Virus record (IMG/VR): IMGVR_UViG_3300025066_000007
From: a virus
Taxonomy: Duplodnaviria > Caudoviricetes
Reading direction: 5' to 3' (one strand)
DNA length: 64,000 bases
Shown here piece by piece: positions 1-9,898 of the stretch (position 1 is its first letter; each line of letters begins with the position of its first letter). The notes below the pieces were generated by a model that did no database searches, was not told where the DNA came from, and saw nothing but the letters and a program-made list of their open reading frames with translations. Made by a program: the position numbers and the translations under genes.

Positions 1-663
1 TTTCTTCGAATGCTCTTCTTTGACCTTTTTATTCAATTTATTCAGGTGGTCTTTTAGCACAAGGGTGTCTCGCATTATGCTGACACGAATAGCCTCAAGA
101 GCCTGTATGTCTAAGACATTATCGTGATCATCCCTGATGGCCCTAGAGATCTCATGGTTTTTTCTGTCCAAGAAGCTTAAAGCTCGTTCACAGCCGACCG
201 TAGTCCGGCCATCATGCTGAGGGATCCTAGAAGGATACTGGTCATTTATATAGGCCATAAACTTTTCTAAGTCACCATCATTCACATAGTCAGTCTCTTT
301 TTCCTCAGCCTCTTCTTCAAGCTCTTCCGCTCTTACATCCGCGCCAGGAAGGAGGTCCCCAAGAGTTGTATCTCCATGCTCCTCTAGAAGTTCGGTAACC
401 TCTTCGTCCATCTTTGCCAGCTCTTCTGATAGCTCTCCGAAGCTTTCCTCTCCCTCCACCATTGGCTCTAAGACTTCTTTGAGAGTTTTGTCAGAGAGCT
501 CTGGGTCCAAATCTTCGTCCATACCAATGATGGCTCCGACTAGACCTTCGGGACTTCCCTGTAGCTCTTCGGCAAAAAATACATCATCAGATTCGTCATA
601 AACATATGACTCTTCTGGCTGTGTTGCTTCTTTGTAAATTATCTGCTCAAATTCTTTAGACAT
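1..663 (-). CDS. Acidic hypothetical protein, truncated by window edge (not in ORF track)
   Basis: ATG at 663 and an open frame to position 1 (MSKEFEQIIYKEATQPEESY...KKVKEEHSKK), translated by hand; codirectional with neighbours. Confidence 0.8.
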   Translation of the reverse strand, partial: MSKEFEQIIYKEATQPEESYVYDESDDVFFAEELQGSPEGLVGAIIGMDEDLDPELSDKTLKEVLEPMVEGEESFGELSEELAKMDEEVTELLEEHGDTTLGDLLPGADVRAEELEEEAEEKETDYVNDGDLEKFMAYINDQYPSRIPQHDGRTTVGCERALSFLDRKNHEISRAIRDDHDNVLDIQALEAIRVSIMRDTLVLKDHLNKLNKKVKEEHSKK

Positions 664-671
664 ATTATCTC

Positions 672-1112
672 CTATCCTACAAGGCTATATATACCGTAGT
701 ATACGCTTCTGCTCTCATTATTATCAGAATACTGATCCAAGGGGTATCCATATTGTGCTTCCGGCATATTGCCAATCATCATGCGCGGATATAGGGGGCT
801 TCCAGTTAGTCCAACGTTTCCAGCAGGGAGTCTGCTTTGATCTTCGTCATACTTACAATCTACAGAGCCTTTATCTTCAAAGACTCTATCCGCAAATGGG
901 CACTTTATTTTTTCTTCAGCCAAAAACATTAGATCCATATTTTTTTCAGCAAGCTCTTTGCGCTCTTCTTCATGCTCAGCCAAATCCAATGGAGTCATAT
1001 CTCTTGCGATCGCCCTATTCTTTTCTCCATCTTTTCTAACCGCACCAATGCTAATGCACCCCTCTGCAACAGGGAGGCCGAATGGACATTGATGAAGCTT
1101 TCCTCTAATCAC
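672..1112 (-). CDS. Hypothetical protein
   Basis: 146-aa ORF, GTG start preceded by AGGA, packed in operon. Confidence 0.75.
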   Translation of the reverse strand: MIRGKLHQCPFGLPVAEGCISIGAVRKDGEKNRAIARDMTPLDLAEHEEERKELAEKNMDLMFLAEEKIKCPFADRVFEDKGSVDCKYDEDQSRLPAGNVGLTGSPLYPRMMIGNMPEAQYGYPLDQYSDNNESRSVYYGIYSLVG

Positions 1113-1153
1113 TTTTATTCCTATTGTTTTATATAATATTAGTAATTCTAAGA

Positions 1154-1930
1154 CTAGATATTATCCAGATAGTATTTAATAAGCCTTCTTTTGATGAGCT
1201 CATCCTTAAATCGTCCAACTAAAGGAACAGAGGTAAGGAGGTCCATATCCATAAGGTGCTTTAGCGTAACCTCGGGAGAGGCCTTAAGCGCTCTGGCGAT
1301 TACCTTTGAGATAGACGTCGGCTTAACAAAGAGTGGCCCATCCGTTTTGAAATTATTTCTGTTCTCCTTAATAAAGGATACTAGCTCGGGATCTAAATCG
1401 AATCCAAAGCGTGCAGCAAAACTTATAGCTCTAAATGCACGCTTTGGATCATCGCTTATTGTAATCTCTGGAGGAACACAGGTTTTTATTATTTTTTTGT
1501 CTAGGTCTTCTAAGGCGCGACCAGTAGGATCTGTAATCTCTTTTGTTTCAATGTCCATATGCAGAGTGTTCATTGTAAAATCTCGGCTATAGACTTCGTG
1601 ATAAAATTCGTCTTTAATCCCAAGTTCTTTATCAATATACTCAATTGCTCCTTCGGAAAGAAAGTTGCTTGAAAAATCTAATGTGTATTTATCAAAATAT
1701 ACGGCTACATGGCCATCTGGAAATAGTTTGAATAACTCATCAAAAGTGTAGGCGATTGTAATCGCAAGACGAGCAACATCAGGATGATTCGTTGTAAGGT
1801 CTATATCCTCAAACTCCCTTGCCATGCCAAGGGTAATATCCCTGGGAACCCCGCCTACCACATAAGGCTTAGAAATGAAGTTTTCTTTGCAGATATCTAA
1901 AATCTGCCCATATAGTCCCTCTGTCTTCAT
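1154..1930 (-). CDS. tRNA nucleotidyltransferase (CCA-adding)/poly(A) polymerase family
   Basis: YVVGGVPRD..DIDLTT, SRDFTMN and DDPKRAFRA motifs of class II nucleotidyltransferases. Confidence 0.88.
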   Translation of the reverse strand: MKTEGLYGQILDICKENFISKPYVVGGVPRDITLGMAREFEDIDLTTNHPDVARLAITIAYTFDELFKLFPDGHVAVYFDKYTLDFSSNFLSEGAIEYIDKELGIKDEFYHEVYSRDFTMNTLHMDIETKEITDPTGRALEDLDKKIIKTCVPPEITISDDPKRAFRAISFAARFGFDLDPELVSFIKENRNNFKTDGPLFVKPTSISKVIARALKASPEVTLKHLMDMDLLTSVPLVGRFKDELIKRRLIKYYLDNI

Positions 1931-1934
1931 GTGC

Positions 1935-3446
1935 TTACTCTAAAGGTTGCTCGACCGGCTGCTCAGCGCTTAAGTCGTCTGGAGATAACTGCTCCTCAGA
2001 TTCTTCGGCTGTCTCAGGGGAACCGGGCACTCCCTCACTTGTGCTTACGAGCACTCTTGCATTTGCGAGCTGACCCATCATTTTGGTTACTCTAGTTAGA
2101 GAGTATGAGAATGCGTCAATTAATTTACTCTGAGATTCTGCAAGCTCCGGAAATAGGGATGCGATCCCGATTTTGTCTAGCATAATATCAAACTCAGCCA
2201 ATTGCCTGATGACTCTTCTATCTGCAAGCATTCCCGCGACCTCATCTAGCTTTGCTGAGGCAATTTCGAGACTAACATCTCCGGCCAATTCTTCATACTC
2301 TCCTGGCCTTGCCCCAGGCATTGGCATGATCTCCTTGAGATCCTTCGGCTCTACTTCATCTGCAGATGGAACCTTAAAGCCTGACTTGCTATCTGCGGCC
2401 TCTTCCGGCTCATCTGAGGTTGGGATTGCCAGCTCTGCTTCCGGTGGCTGTGCTGCTGGCACAGACTCTTGCGTTGGTTCTACCTGAGGCGCATGAGAGA
2501 TTGGCTCATCTGAAGGTACTTCTTGTGCAATTTTCTTCAGAATGCCCGCAGCCTCATTGGCCCCAGCCCTTTCAAAAGTTGATGCCGTCTTATATGTGAC
2601 ATCGGATAAGGTCCTGGCAAGTTTTACTTTTTTCGCCAAAATACTAAGACTGTTGAGAGCTTCCGACAAGTCCCTATACTCTTCATGATCGACATATCGA
2701 TCGGACCTAATTAGTTTGTCCACTCTTCTGATCGCTCCATAGAGCTGTTGTTTCCAAGTGGAAAATGCATTTTTTTCCTCTGAGTTTCTTGCAGGCCGCT
2801 GAGAAACCTCCTGAAAAGTTCCTCCATCAAAGCTATTCCCAGGCATATTGTTCGTAGCGCTATAGGCACCGCCGCTTTGTCCTAGTCCAGATTGGTAAAC
2901 CGCTTTTTTCTTCATGTCTAGCTCCTCTTCAAGGCTATACTTCAAGTGTTCTCCTGCGCTATAATAGTCGAACCACTTAAGAAATCCGACTTTTTCCTTT
3001 TCATCTAAGGAATTGCTGTAGTATTCCAGGGCGTTCTCTTTTGACATCTCTCCTGTTTCTACTGAGTTATATATTTTATATACAAGTTCTAGCCACGCGT
3101 TAACATTATATTCTTCTGTTATTGCCTCTGGAGAGAGCCCGTAATTTGGATAGGCAAGTTTTGTTATTCCCTTCGAAGTCATCCTTGCCTTTACAATCAT
3201 ATAGTAAGCATCATTTTTGCTTTTAATATCAGATTCTAATATCTTTCTTATATTACTGTCGGTAAGCGCAGCGCCTATCTCTGAAGCCGCACTCTTTACT
3301 GTAAGATATTGGGATAATTTTTCATCAGAGCTAATCGACAACGAAGAAAGATAACGAGCACGCTTGGTTAGCCCCACAAATTCGTCGCTACCAACTCCGG
3401 AAGAAAGCTTTACTAGCTTTTCATAAAAATACTTATTGATCTTCAT
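1935..3446 (-). CDS. Hypothetical protein, K/R-x-A rich, acidic low-complexity segments (putative virion/head protein)
   Basis: 503-aa ORF; recurring KSA, KLA, KKA, KTA, KIA motifs; function is inference. Confidence 0.6.
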   Translation of the reverse strand: MKINKYFYEKLVKLSSGVGSDEFVGLTKRARYLSSLSISSDEKLSQYLTVKSAASEIGAALTDSNIRKILESDIKSKNDAYYMIVKARMTSKGITKLAYPNYGLSPEAITEEYNVNAWLELVYKIYNSVETGEMSKENALEYYSNSLDEKEKVGFLKWFDYYSAGEHLKYSLEEELDMKKKAVYQSGLGQSGGAYSATNNMPGNSFDGGTFQEVSQRPARNSEEKNAFSTWKQQLYGAIRRVDKLIRSDRYVDHEEYRDLSEALNSLSILAKKVKLARTLSDVTYKTASTFERAGANEAAGILKKIAQEVPSDEPISHAPQVEPTQESVPAAQPPEAELAIPTSDEPEEAADSKSGFKVPSADEVEPKDLKEIMPMPGARPGEYEELAGDVSLEIASAKLDEVAGMLADRRVIRQLAEFDIMLDKIGIASLFPELAESQSKLIDAFSYSLTRVTKMMGQLANARVLVSTSEGVPGSPETAEESEEQLSPDDLSAEQPVEQPLE

Positions 3447-3687
3447 CGTCCTTTTCTAGTCGCTCCAAAAGAACTCCAAATTGACTAAGCCACTCTTTCT
3501 TGTCTAGTAGCCTAACTTTATTCATTTCATTTTTCAAGTATTCAATAAAGATTCTAAAGTGATCTGAATCTATGACCTGATCTTCTTTGTATAGCTTCGT
3601 GTTATCTCGGATCCACTTCTCAAAAGATATCAGGCTATTGATATCTTCTAGGCGAAAAGTTTTACGAAGCTTGCCATCAGTAAACAT
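3433..3687 (-). CDS. Hypothetical protein
   Basis: 84-aa ORF overlapping neighbours in operon fashion. Confidence 0.65.
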   Translation of the reverse strand: MFTDGKLRKTFRLEDINSLISFEKWIRDNTKLYKEDQVIDSDHFRIFIEYLKNEMNKVRLLDKKEWLSQFGVLLERLEKDDEDQ

Positions 3688-4369
3688 CTATGACCTCTCC
3701 TTCTATAAGAGCCCTATTATTAGCATCTAACATATTTAATTTGTTATCTAATCTCGTTACAAATACTGTGACTAGACTTGGGTCTATCTCCTGCAGAACG
3801 CTAAGAACGGCTTCCTTCAGAACTCTTGCCTGCTCGTTAACTACATTGATATTGACATTATGATCAATTCTCTTATCAGCAACACCCTCAATATACTTTT
3901 TCCAATCTTGCATCAAAGTCTTCATTGTATTTATATATTCGATAAAAACTTTGTCATCTCTAATGGTAGTTGTTGCACCGCTTTCCAGAAGATTATAATA
4001 ATACTCTATCCTTGATCCGATCAGCTTATCCATCTCCAGAAGTCTTCGAGAAACGTCAAGCTCTGCTCCGGCTATTTCATCTATTTTTCTTTGATAGGCA
4101 GAAGATGAGTTTATAACCATCTTAGTCTCTGCCTCTAAAGCTTTTTTATCTATCTCTGTTCTTCTGTTTTTTACGTCATCAAGAAGGTTGCCTTTCAGGT
4201 TTAGGTTCTCTCCTCTAAACTTTTGAAGCGTCATATATGACACATGGAGCCTTCTTGTTCTTGGATACTTCTTTTTCAGCCAAGCCTCAACTGACTTTAC
4301 TGAGTCGCCTTCCAGTAACTTTGAGATAATATCTTCCTTATCTGGATGATTTAAAACTTTCTTACTCAT
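3677..4369 (-). CDS. Hypothetical protein (helical; possible N-terminal HTH)
   Basis: 230-aa ORF with GGGG-type RBS. Confidence 0.75.
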   Translation of the reverse strand: MSKKVLNHPDKEDIISKLLEGDSVKSVEAWLKKKYPRTRRLHVSYMTLQKFRGENLNLKGNLLDDVKNRRTEIDKKALEAETKMVINSSSAYQRKIDEIAGAELDVSRRLLEMDKLIGSRIEYYYNLLESGATTTIRDDKVFIEYINTMKTLMQDWKKYIEGVADKRIDHNVNINVVNEQARVLKEAVLSVLQEIDPSLVTVFVTRLDNKLNMLDANNRALIEGEVIDVY

Positions 4370-4397
4370 ATTTCCCCTGGTAACCTCTTGAAAGAAA

Positions 4398-4431
4398 AAG
4401 GCTCTGACTTATTTTACCAAGTCAGAGCCTT
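4398..4431 (-). terminator. Intrinsic terminator
   Basis: 13-bp inverted repeat AAGGCTCTGACTT/AAGTCAGAGCCTT followed by a U-rich tract on the minus strand, downstream of ORF 4494-5015. Confidence 0.75.
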
Positions 4432-4493
4432 AAGCGTCTACGAGAATTAATATTGCTATAATTTTCAATACAGCACTTAGCTCCCAACCCTCT

Positions 4494-5015
4494 TTAGAAG
4501 GCTTTCTTGATAACCCAGTCTAACATGTCCGCTTCTTTTATCAGGCCTTTTTCGTCCAATTGGCTTGCAAGATTCATAAGATCAGTTTGCAGTCCAACAC
4601 TGCCGCCTGCGATTTCTCTTCCATCTTCAGTTTTGAATCCTTCGTTATAATCGTAGATCTTATTTGTATATGGATCCTGCATTATACCGTCACCAATGCG
4701 CCTAGCCTGAACCCCCACTCTATCAGGAGAGTATCTGGTTGACAGAGAGGGACTTACCTCTCGTACTTCCGCCTTTGAGTCTTCATGATCTGAGCCGAGA
4801 TCATAAAGAGCCTCTGTCTCTCTGGACGGAACTTCTCCGCCTCTTTGGGAGAGGTACTTTTGTCTAGTCACATAATCTTCAACATTTGATTGGAAAGATT
4901 GAAAAATACCATGCTGATCAGCTGCAGCGACTTTGTGAAGATCCTCAAGCTTAGAGAGGTTCTTCGCAGAGGTTCCGGCCATAATGTTTAGGAGTTTAGA
5001 TTTTCGATCTTTCAT
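4494..5015 (-). CDS. Hypothetical protein (K-x-A motifs)
   Basis: 173-aa ORF ending ...IKKAF. Confidence 0.7.
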   Translation of the reverse strand: MKDRKSKLLNIMAGTSAKNLSKLEDLHKVAAADQHGIFQSFQSNVEDYVTRQKYLSQRGGEVPSRETEALYDLGSDHEDSKAEVREVSPSLSTRYSPDRVGVQARRIGDGIMQDPYTNKIYDYNEGFKTEDGREIAGGSVGLQTDLMNLASQLDEKGLIKEADMLDWVIKKAF

Positions 5016-5019
5016 AATA

Positions 5020-6576
5020 TTATGTCAATGATACTTTAGATGTAGAGATCAGAACCCCTGTAGCGTCTGAATCTTTTGTCTGTGTTTTTCTGGTCATCGG
5101 CACAACTCGGCCCTTCGCATCAAAGGCAACCTTGCTTACAGGCAGGCCAAGACGAGGGCAGTAAAGCTGTACGGAAGTTGGAACATTAATCAGATCGCCT
5201 CTGTCAAATGCAGCCTTTATAAGCTCATCTCTTTCCGTGCTTCCCGATGCATGCTTGAGAAGTTTTGAAAAACGATCCAAAGAGGCAATGTATTTTTGGC
5301 CTCCAAATTTTTCCTCAATTACTTTGAGTGCAGCCTCTGCCTGCTTCAGGTTTGACTCAGCTACTCCACCATCAATCTGGTTAACAAGCTGAGAGTAGGT
5401 CATTCTGCCCATCTCTTCTGCTTCCCTAGAGACCTTGTTAATAGATTCGGTCTTTGCCGCATGCGAAAGCACGCTCTTTAGCCCAGCTGTATTCAGGCGA
5501 TACTTCTGTCCGGCAACAGAAAAATGAGAGGGAATAACCGGATTTCCGTTTGGCATATCGACAGGAATAGAGACTTCTACTTGGCCTAGAGAAGAGGGGA
5601 TTGAAGCCCTAAGCTCCAGAGTCTTCTTATTAGCAGATGCAAGCTTAATCTGAGCTCTATTTAGGCCCAAGCTAGAAAGTTCTGCAGAAACGATATTGAT
5701 TGCAGCACTTACCTGATCTCTACTAAATATAGTTGCCGCAGCGACTAGATCATTATCCAGATTTGCGTACTTCTCTAAAGCAGATGGAATAGCCGGGCTC
5801 TCTATCTTCAGTTCTCCGTAGGCTCTTTGCGCCTCATATTTCTTTTGAGAAGACTTTTTGGTAAAGTTGCTTGCGTCTTTAACAAAGATAAAAAGATTTT
5901 CCCTATTAAGACTGACCAGTTCGTCCTGCTGAATGAATGAAGTAGGAAGTGTCGGCAGACCGTTAGATACCTGAACCGGAATCGGAACATTTACCTGCAT
6001 AAAGTCTGTTGTACTTATGGAGGCATTGCATAAAACGAAATGCTCGTTTGACTTGACTGCAGTAACCTCAGACGGCTGATATCCGAGTGCGCTTAACTGT
6101 AGTTTTGCAAACTTCTCTGCCTTTCTGAGGGTATTGTCAGAGGCTGCAGTAAATGCCGCCTTCTTGTTTAGGGAAAATGCTCCAGAGAGCTCATCAGAAA
6201 GCTTGGAAGAAGCGTAAAGCGGCTCAAGCTTATTCTCGTAAGGAATTCTAGAAGAAACTTCGCTTCTCTTTGCCGGCTCAGTTGCTTGCTTGGAAACAAG
6301 CAAATCTTCTAGCTCGGTTCTAAATGCGGATCGTCCACCTGACATCCCATAAAGATGATCGTAAGTTTCAGAAATTTCTTTTTGAGAAACGAATGTTTGG
6401 CTAGATGCTTTCTTGACAAAAACATCTCTCATATGTCCAATTAGGGCATCGCCAGGGTTGTTCGCCGCAGAAGCCTCAAGCCTTCCCGCCACATAGCTAG
6501 TGGGATAAGTTTTGCCATTGTTGAGCTTATCCAGGGCCTTCTTGGCCTGCTCTACAATTTTCTTTAGTTGATCCAT
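5020..6576 (-). CDS. Hypothetical protein with internally repeated domain (K-x-A motifs; putative virion protein)
   Basis: 518-aa ORF with two similar segments (AKLQLSALG...VPIPVQVSNGLPTLPTSF and VSAELSSLG...VSIPVDMPNGNPVIPSHF). Confidence 0.7.
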   Translation of the reverse strand: MDQLKKIVEQAKKALDKLNNGKTYPTSYVAGRLEASAANNPGDALIGHMRDVFVKKASSQTFVSQKEISETYDHLYGMSGGRSAFRTELEDLLVSKQATEPAKRSEVSSRIPYENKLEPLYASSKLSDELSGAFSLNKKAAFTAASDNTLRKAEKFAKLQLSALGYQPSEVTAVKSNEHFVLCNASISTTDFMQVNVPIPVQVSNGLPTLPTSFIQQDELVSLNRENLFIFVKDASNFTKKSSQKKYEAQRAYGELKIESPAIPSALEKYANLDNDLVAAATIFSRDQVSAAINIVSAELSSLGLNRAQIKLASANKKTLELRASIPSSLGQVEVSIPVDMPNGNPVIPSHFSVAGQKYRLNTAGLKSVLSHAAKTESINKVSREAEEMGRMTYSQLVNQIDGGVAESNLKQAEAALKVIEEKFGGQKYIASLDRFSKLLKHASGSTERDELIKAAFDRGDLINVPTSVQLYCPRLGLPVSKVAFDAKGRVVPMTRKTQTKDSDATGVLISTSKVSLT

Positions 6577-6586
6577 TACATTCCCT

Positions 6587-7108
6587 CTAGTTTGTCTTAA
6601 AGATTTCGGGGAAAAGACCCCTTATTGCGGAGGCCTTTGCCTGTGTTTGGGAGTCTAAAACTTTACTTACAAAAGAACTATCGTCTGTGGCCATATCCAG
6701 TAGTGCTGATTTGAATATAAAAATATCCTCTGATGAATATCCGTATTCATCAGAGGAAAAAGCGCAAATAGGAACATTTTTATAGGATAAAGTTACACTA
6801 TTATGATCGTAATTGCTGGAAGCGCTCCAGTCTCCACCCTCTTTTGTTTGATATTTAGGATCAGAACTTCTTACTAAAAAGCTTTCTCCATTAATATCTT
6901 CGGACCTCCAGAGGTCATCATATTGATCGCCAAATACCTTGTACATATCAAACGCAACCTTTTTTATCGGCAGATCATCAGTTAGTTGAATTCGATCTTT
7001 TTCCGATAAATCGGTTACCTTATCCTTAGCTAACTTTAAGAGCACCTCATCTAGGTCTGACATCAATTTATTCCTCGCTGTAAAATTTATCTTTATTAAT
7101 AGAAACAA
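6587..7108 (-). CDS. Hypothetical protein (true start probably MSDLDEV)
   Basis: 173-aa ORF. Confidence 0.7.
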   Translation of the reverse strand: MFLLIKINFTARNKLMSDLDEVLLKLAKDKVTDLSEKDRIQLTDDLPIKKVAFDMYKVFGDQYDDLWRSEDINGESFLVRSSDPKYQTKEGGDWSASSNYDHNSVTLSYKNVPICAFSSDEYGYSSEDIFIFKSALLDMATDDSSFVSKVLDSQTQAKASAIRGLFPEIFKTN

Positions 7109-7163
7109 ACAAGTTCGACTAACAGGGCTGTTTCGCTATTATATATCTAAATATAATTAGTAG

Positions 7164-7604
7164 CTAATCAGCTTCCTCTCTGTTTATCTCTTGAATTTTT
7201 TCCAGTATGTCCTTGATTCTATTGTTATTTTTGCAGATCTTCTGAAGCTTCTTGACTATCCCGCCATATCTTTTTTTATGGTTCTTATAATCAATGTTTC
7301 CATGCATTGCCTTATGGACTGCAGACTGAGTGATTCCTAGGTGTTCTGCTATATCATTTTGCGTTTTGCCCATTAGCCTCATAAACAATATCTTCTTCTG
7401 ATGATCAGTCAGGTGAGGTCCGTTTACTATTTCGTAAATTTCGTCAAGAAGCTCCTGCTTAAGATCTAGAATCCTCTCGTCCGATGTATTTGCCATCATA
7501 ACTTGGCCCATGCCACGATCAGATGAAAAATTATTTAATTTTGCAGACTCAAACGATATTTCGACAATTTTATACTGATATGATTTGCCCTTTTTCTTTT
7601 TCAT
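7164..7604 (-). CDS. HTH DNA-binding protein (sigma-70 region 4-like)
   Basis: LTDHQKKILFMRLMGKTQNDIAEHLGITQSAVHKAM fits the sigma r4/HTH pattern. Confidence 0.7.
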   Translation of the reverse strand: MKKKKGKSYQYKIVEISFESAKLNNFSSDRGMGQVMMANTSDERILDLKQELLDEIYEIVNGPHLTDHQKKILFMRLMGKTQNDIAEHLGITQSAVHKAMHGNIDYKNHKKRYGGIVKKLQKICKNNNRIKDILEKIQEINREEAD

Positions 7605-7607
7605 CGT

Positions 7608-8369
7608 TTACCAAATCTCCGGAATACTTTGCTTGAAGTCTGAAAAGAAAGACTCCTTAGTTTTATTGGGAGCAGAGAAGTATTCATCTACATCCTTGGC
7701 TCCAGCGGGAAGAGTCAGAAATCTAAGCCTCATGCCTTTGTTGATATACTTTTCATATATTCTTTCGGCAGAAGCTTTTCCTGCTGCATCACTATCCATA
7801 ATAAACGTAATCTTATCTGTATATCTGGCTAGTTTTATGAAATGTTTTTGCGAAAATGCAGTTCCACATATCGCTACAGTATTTTTAATAGAGTTCTGGG
7901 CCATAGAGAGGTAATCAAAAAACCCTTCTACAACATATACATTATTCTTTTTTAAAATTGAGCTTTTTGAATGATTCAGCCCATATAGTATATCGCCCTT
8001 TTTATAAGAGGAGTTTTTATACTTAGGGATTCCAATACTCTTCCTCTCTATGTCGGCAAGAAGTGATCTGCCACTAATTCCAACTGGATCATTATGCTCT
8101 GAGAAAATAGGAAAGACTAGATAGAAGTAACTCGCAAAGTCACTGCCTCCAGTAAAATTTGTGATGTTCAATCTCGCCAAAGCTTCTTCTGACACATGTT
8201 TCTTTAGCATATCTATGCTTTGCGGAAAGTATCCCAGCCTATTACTTCTGATAAGTTCTTTGGACAAACCTCGCTCCTTAAGAAGATACCTCAAGCAATC
8301 TTGAGAGGATCTTAGATTGGAGTGACAGATGCTAACTAGCTTAGAGAGATTTTCAAGATCTGTAACCAC
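7608..8369 (-). CDS. dnaG: DNA primase catalytic core (DnaG Toprim_N + Toprim), lacking Zn-binding domain
   Basis: YLLKERGLS..LGYFP, LVFPI, ISGR, PKYKNS, YVVEGFFD, DSDAAG, KDVDE; the protein starts directly at the catalytic core. Confidence 0.88.
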   Translation of the reverse strand: MVTDLENLSKLVSICHSNLRSSQDCLRYLLKERGLSKELIRSNRLGYFPQSIDMLKKHVSEEALARLNITNFTGGSDFASYFYLVFPIFSEHNDPVGISGRSLLADIERKSIGIPKYKNSSYKKGDILYGLNHSKSSILKKNNVYVVEGFFDYLSMAQNSIKNTVAICGTAFSQKHFIKLARYTDKITFIMDSDAAGKASAERIYEKYINKGMRLRFLTLPAGAKDVDEYFSAPNKTKESFFSDFKQSIPEIW

Positions 8370-8379
8370 TTAATAGTCC

Positions 8380-8718
8380 CTATTTCTCTTCTAAGGTTTC
8401 TAGCGTATTAAGCATGTAGCTAGTAATGTCTATCTTGCAGCCATCTCCATTATTGGGACAGCCCTTTCCGGTTAGAGTTCCCGTAGAAGTTGTGGCTTCA
8501 ACTGATTTATCGCATGTTTTGCACGGAAACATGAATGCCTTTCTTTTGCTATTTCGAACAATATCTCCAGCGGCCTTCATTGAAAGCTTTGCATAAGAAG
8601 AGATTCCTTCTAGTGTATCTCCACAATTATTGCAAACAACAGAATCTGCTTCCACATCAAGAGATGCATCTGTCATCCCATCACTTTTTTTACACCCAGG
8701 CGTACAACGAACTAGCAT
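8380..8718 (-). CDS. Cys-rich Zn-finger protein
   Basis: CTPGC, CNNC, CKTC, CPNNGDGC. Confidence 0.7.
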   Translation of the reverse strand: MLVRCTPGCKKSDGMTDASLDVEADSVVCNNCGDTLEGISSYAKLSMKAAGDIVRNSKRKAFMFPCKTCDKSVEATTSTGTLTGKGCPNNGDGCKIDITSYMLNTLETLEEK

Positions 8719-8719
8719 A

Positions 8720-9880
8720 TTATTTTAACCTCGCTATTAACGGATTTTCCTCTTCCACGTTTTCTATTCCATTTTCTACTGATGTCTCTGAGTCGCCCTC
8801 TCCAAGGTAAGCCTCTCGAATTGAGGAGGCGTACTCTTCGATAAGGTCAGGATGCTCCTTCGTTAGGAACTCGAAAGCAGCGTCTGCACCTCTAACTTTT
8901 TTTCCTCCAATTTCATAAGACTGAGAAGATGGCCTCGTTATAAGGCCATACTTGATTGCTAAGTCAAAAACCTCTCTGTCCTTCTGAACAACTCCTTTTT
9001 GATACTCTATTTTATACTCAGCTTTTGAAAATGGTGTTCCAACCTTATTTTTTTCAACTTTAGCCCGAACGGTATGCCCTATTCTCTCTCCATCCTCATT
9101 GGCGATAACAGAGTCAGAGGAAAAGTTTGGAGCCATATTAATCATGAGGCTGCATGCGTGCTTTAGGGCTCTTCCTCCGGGAGATGAGGTCGGGTCTCCA
9201 AACATCTTCCCCAAGTCTACTCGCACCTGATTGATTCCTATAAACGCAATATTTGCATGAGCAATTACAGGAGTTAGCTTTTTCAGTTCTGTCGACAAAA
9301 ATCTTGGGATAGGAGCCATGTTGGCTTTTCCGACTTCGGCTCTAATTTCAAGAGGGGTGTTCAAAACTGCAATAGAGTCCAAAACTATAATGCCAAGGTT
9401 CTTAAATCTTGGATCAGTGCCTTCAATTACATGATCCAAGATTCCTCTCATACCCTTTGAGACTTTCTTTGTAGCCTTATTTACTTTCACCTTTCCCAGC
9501 AAACCTTCAAATATCATCTTTGCATCATTCGTTTTGATGACCATTACGCGAGACGTATCAACACCCTGCTTTGCGGCCCACGCTGGATCGTAAGTATACT
9601 CTGCATCGATAAATAATGCCGTATTATCAGGATTTTCATTCAGATATTCTCTTATACATGAAAGAGAAAGCATGGTCTTGCCAGAGCTCTCTTGGCCTGC
9701 AAGCTGGGTGATTCTTCCTCGCGGAATACCTCCGATTCCAATTGCTTCATCCAAAGAGGGGCTTCCGGTGCTTATAGCCTCGTATTTTGTAGATATATTT
9801 CCATCAAAAAAGATCGCGTCTTCTCCGAAGAACTTCGTAATTTCCTTCTGCGCCTCAGAAGGACTCAATAACTTTGACAT
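8720..9880 (-). CDS. recA: RecA recombinase
   Basis: ISTGSPSLDEAIGIGGIPRGRITQLAGQESSGKT, DSIA, INQVR, GGRALKH, KNKVG. Confidence 0.95.
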   Translation of the reverse strand: MSKLLSPSEAQKEITKFFGEDAIFFDGNISTKYEAISTGSPSLDEAIGIGGIPRGRITQLAGQESSGKTMLSLSCIREYLNENPDNTALFIDAEYTYDPAWAAKQGVDTSRVMVIKTNDAKMIFEGLLGKVKVNKATKKVSKGMRGILDHVIEGTDPRFKNLGIIVLDSIAVLNTPLEIRAEVGKANMAPIPRFLSTELKKLTPVIAHANIAFIGINQVRVDLGKMFGDPTSSPGGRALKHACSLMINMAPNFSSDSVIANEDGERIGHTVRAKVEKNKVGTPFSKAEYKIEYQKGVVQKDREVFDLAIKYGLITRPSSQSYEIGGKKVRGADAAFEFLTKEHPDLIEEYASSIREAYLGEGDSETSVENGIENVEEENPLIARLK

Positions 9881-9898
9881 TTATTCTCCAATCGTTAT

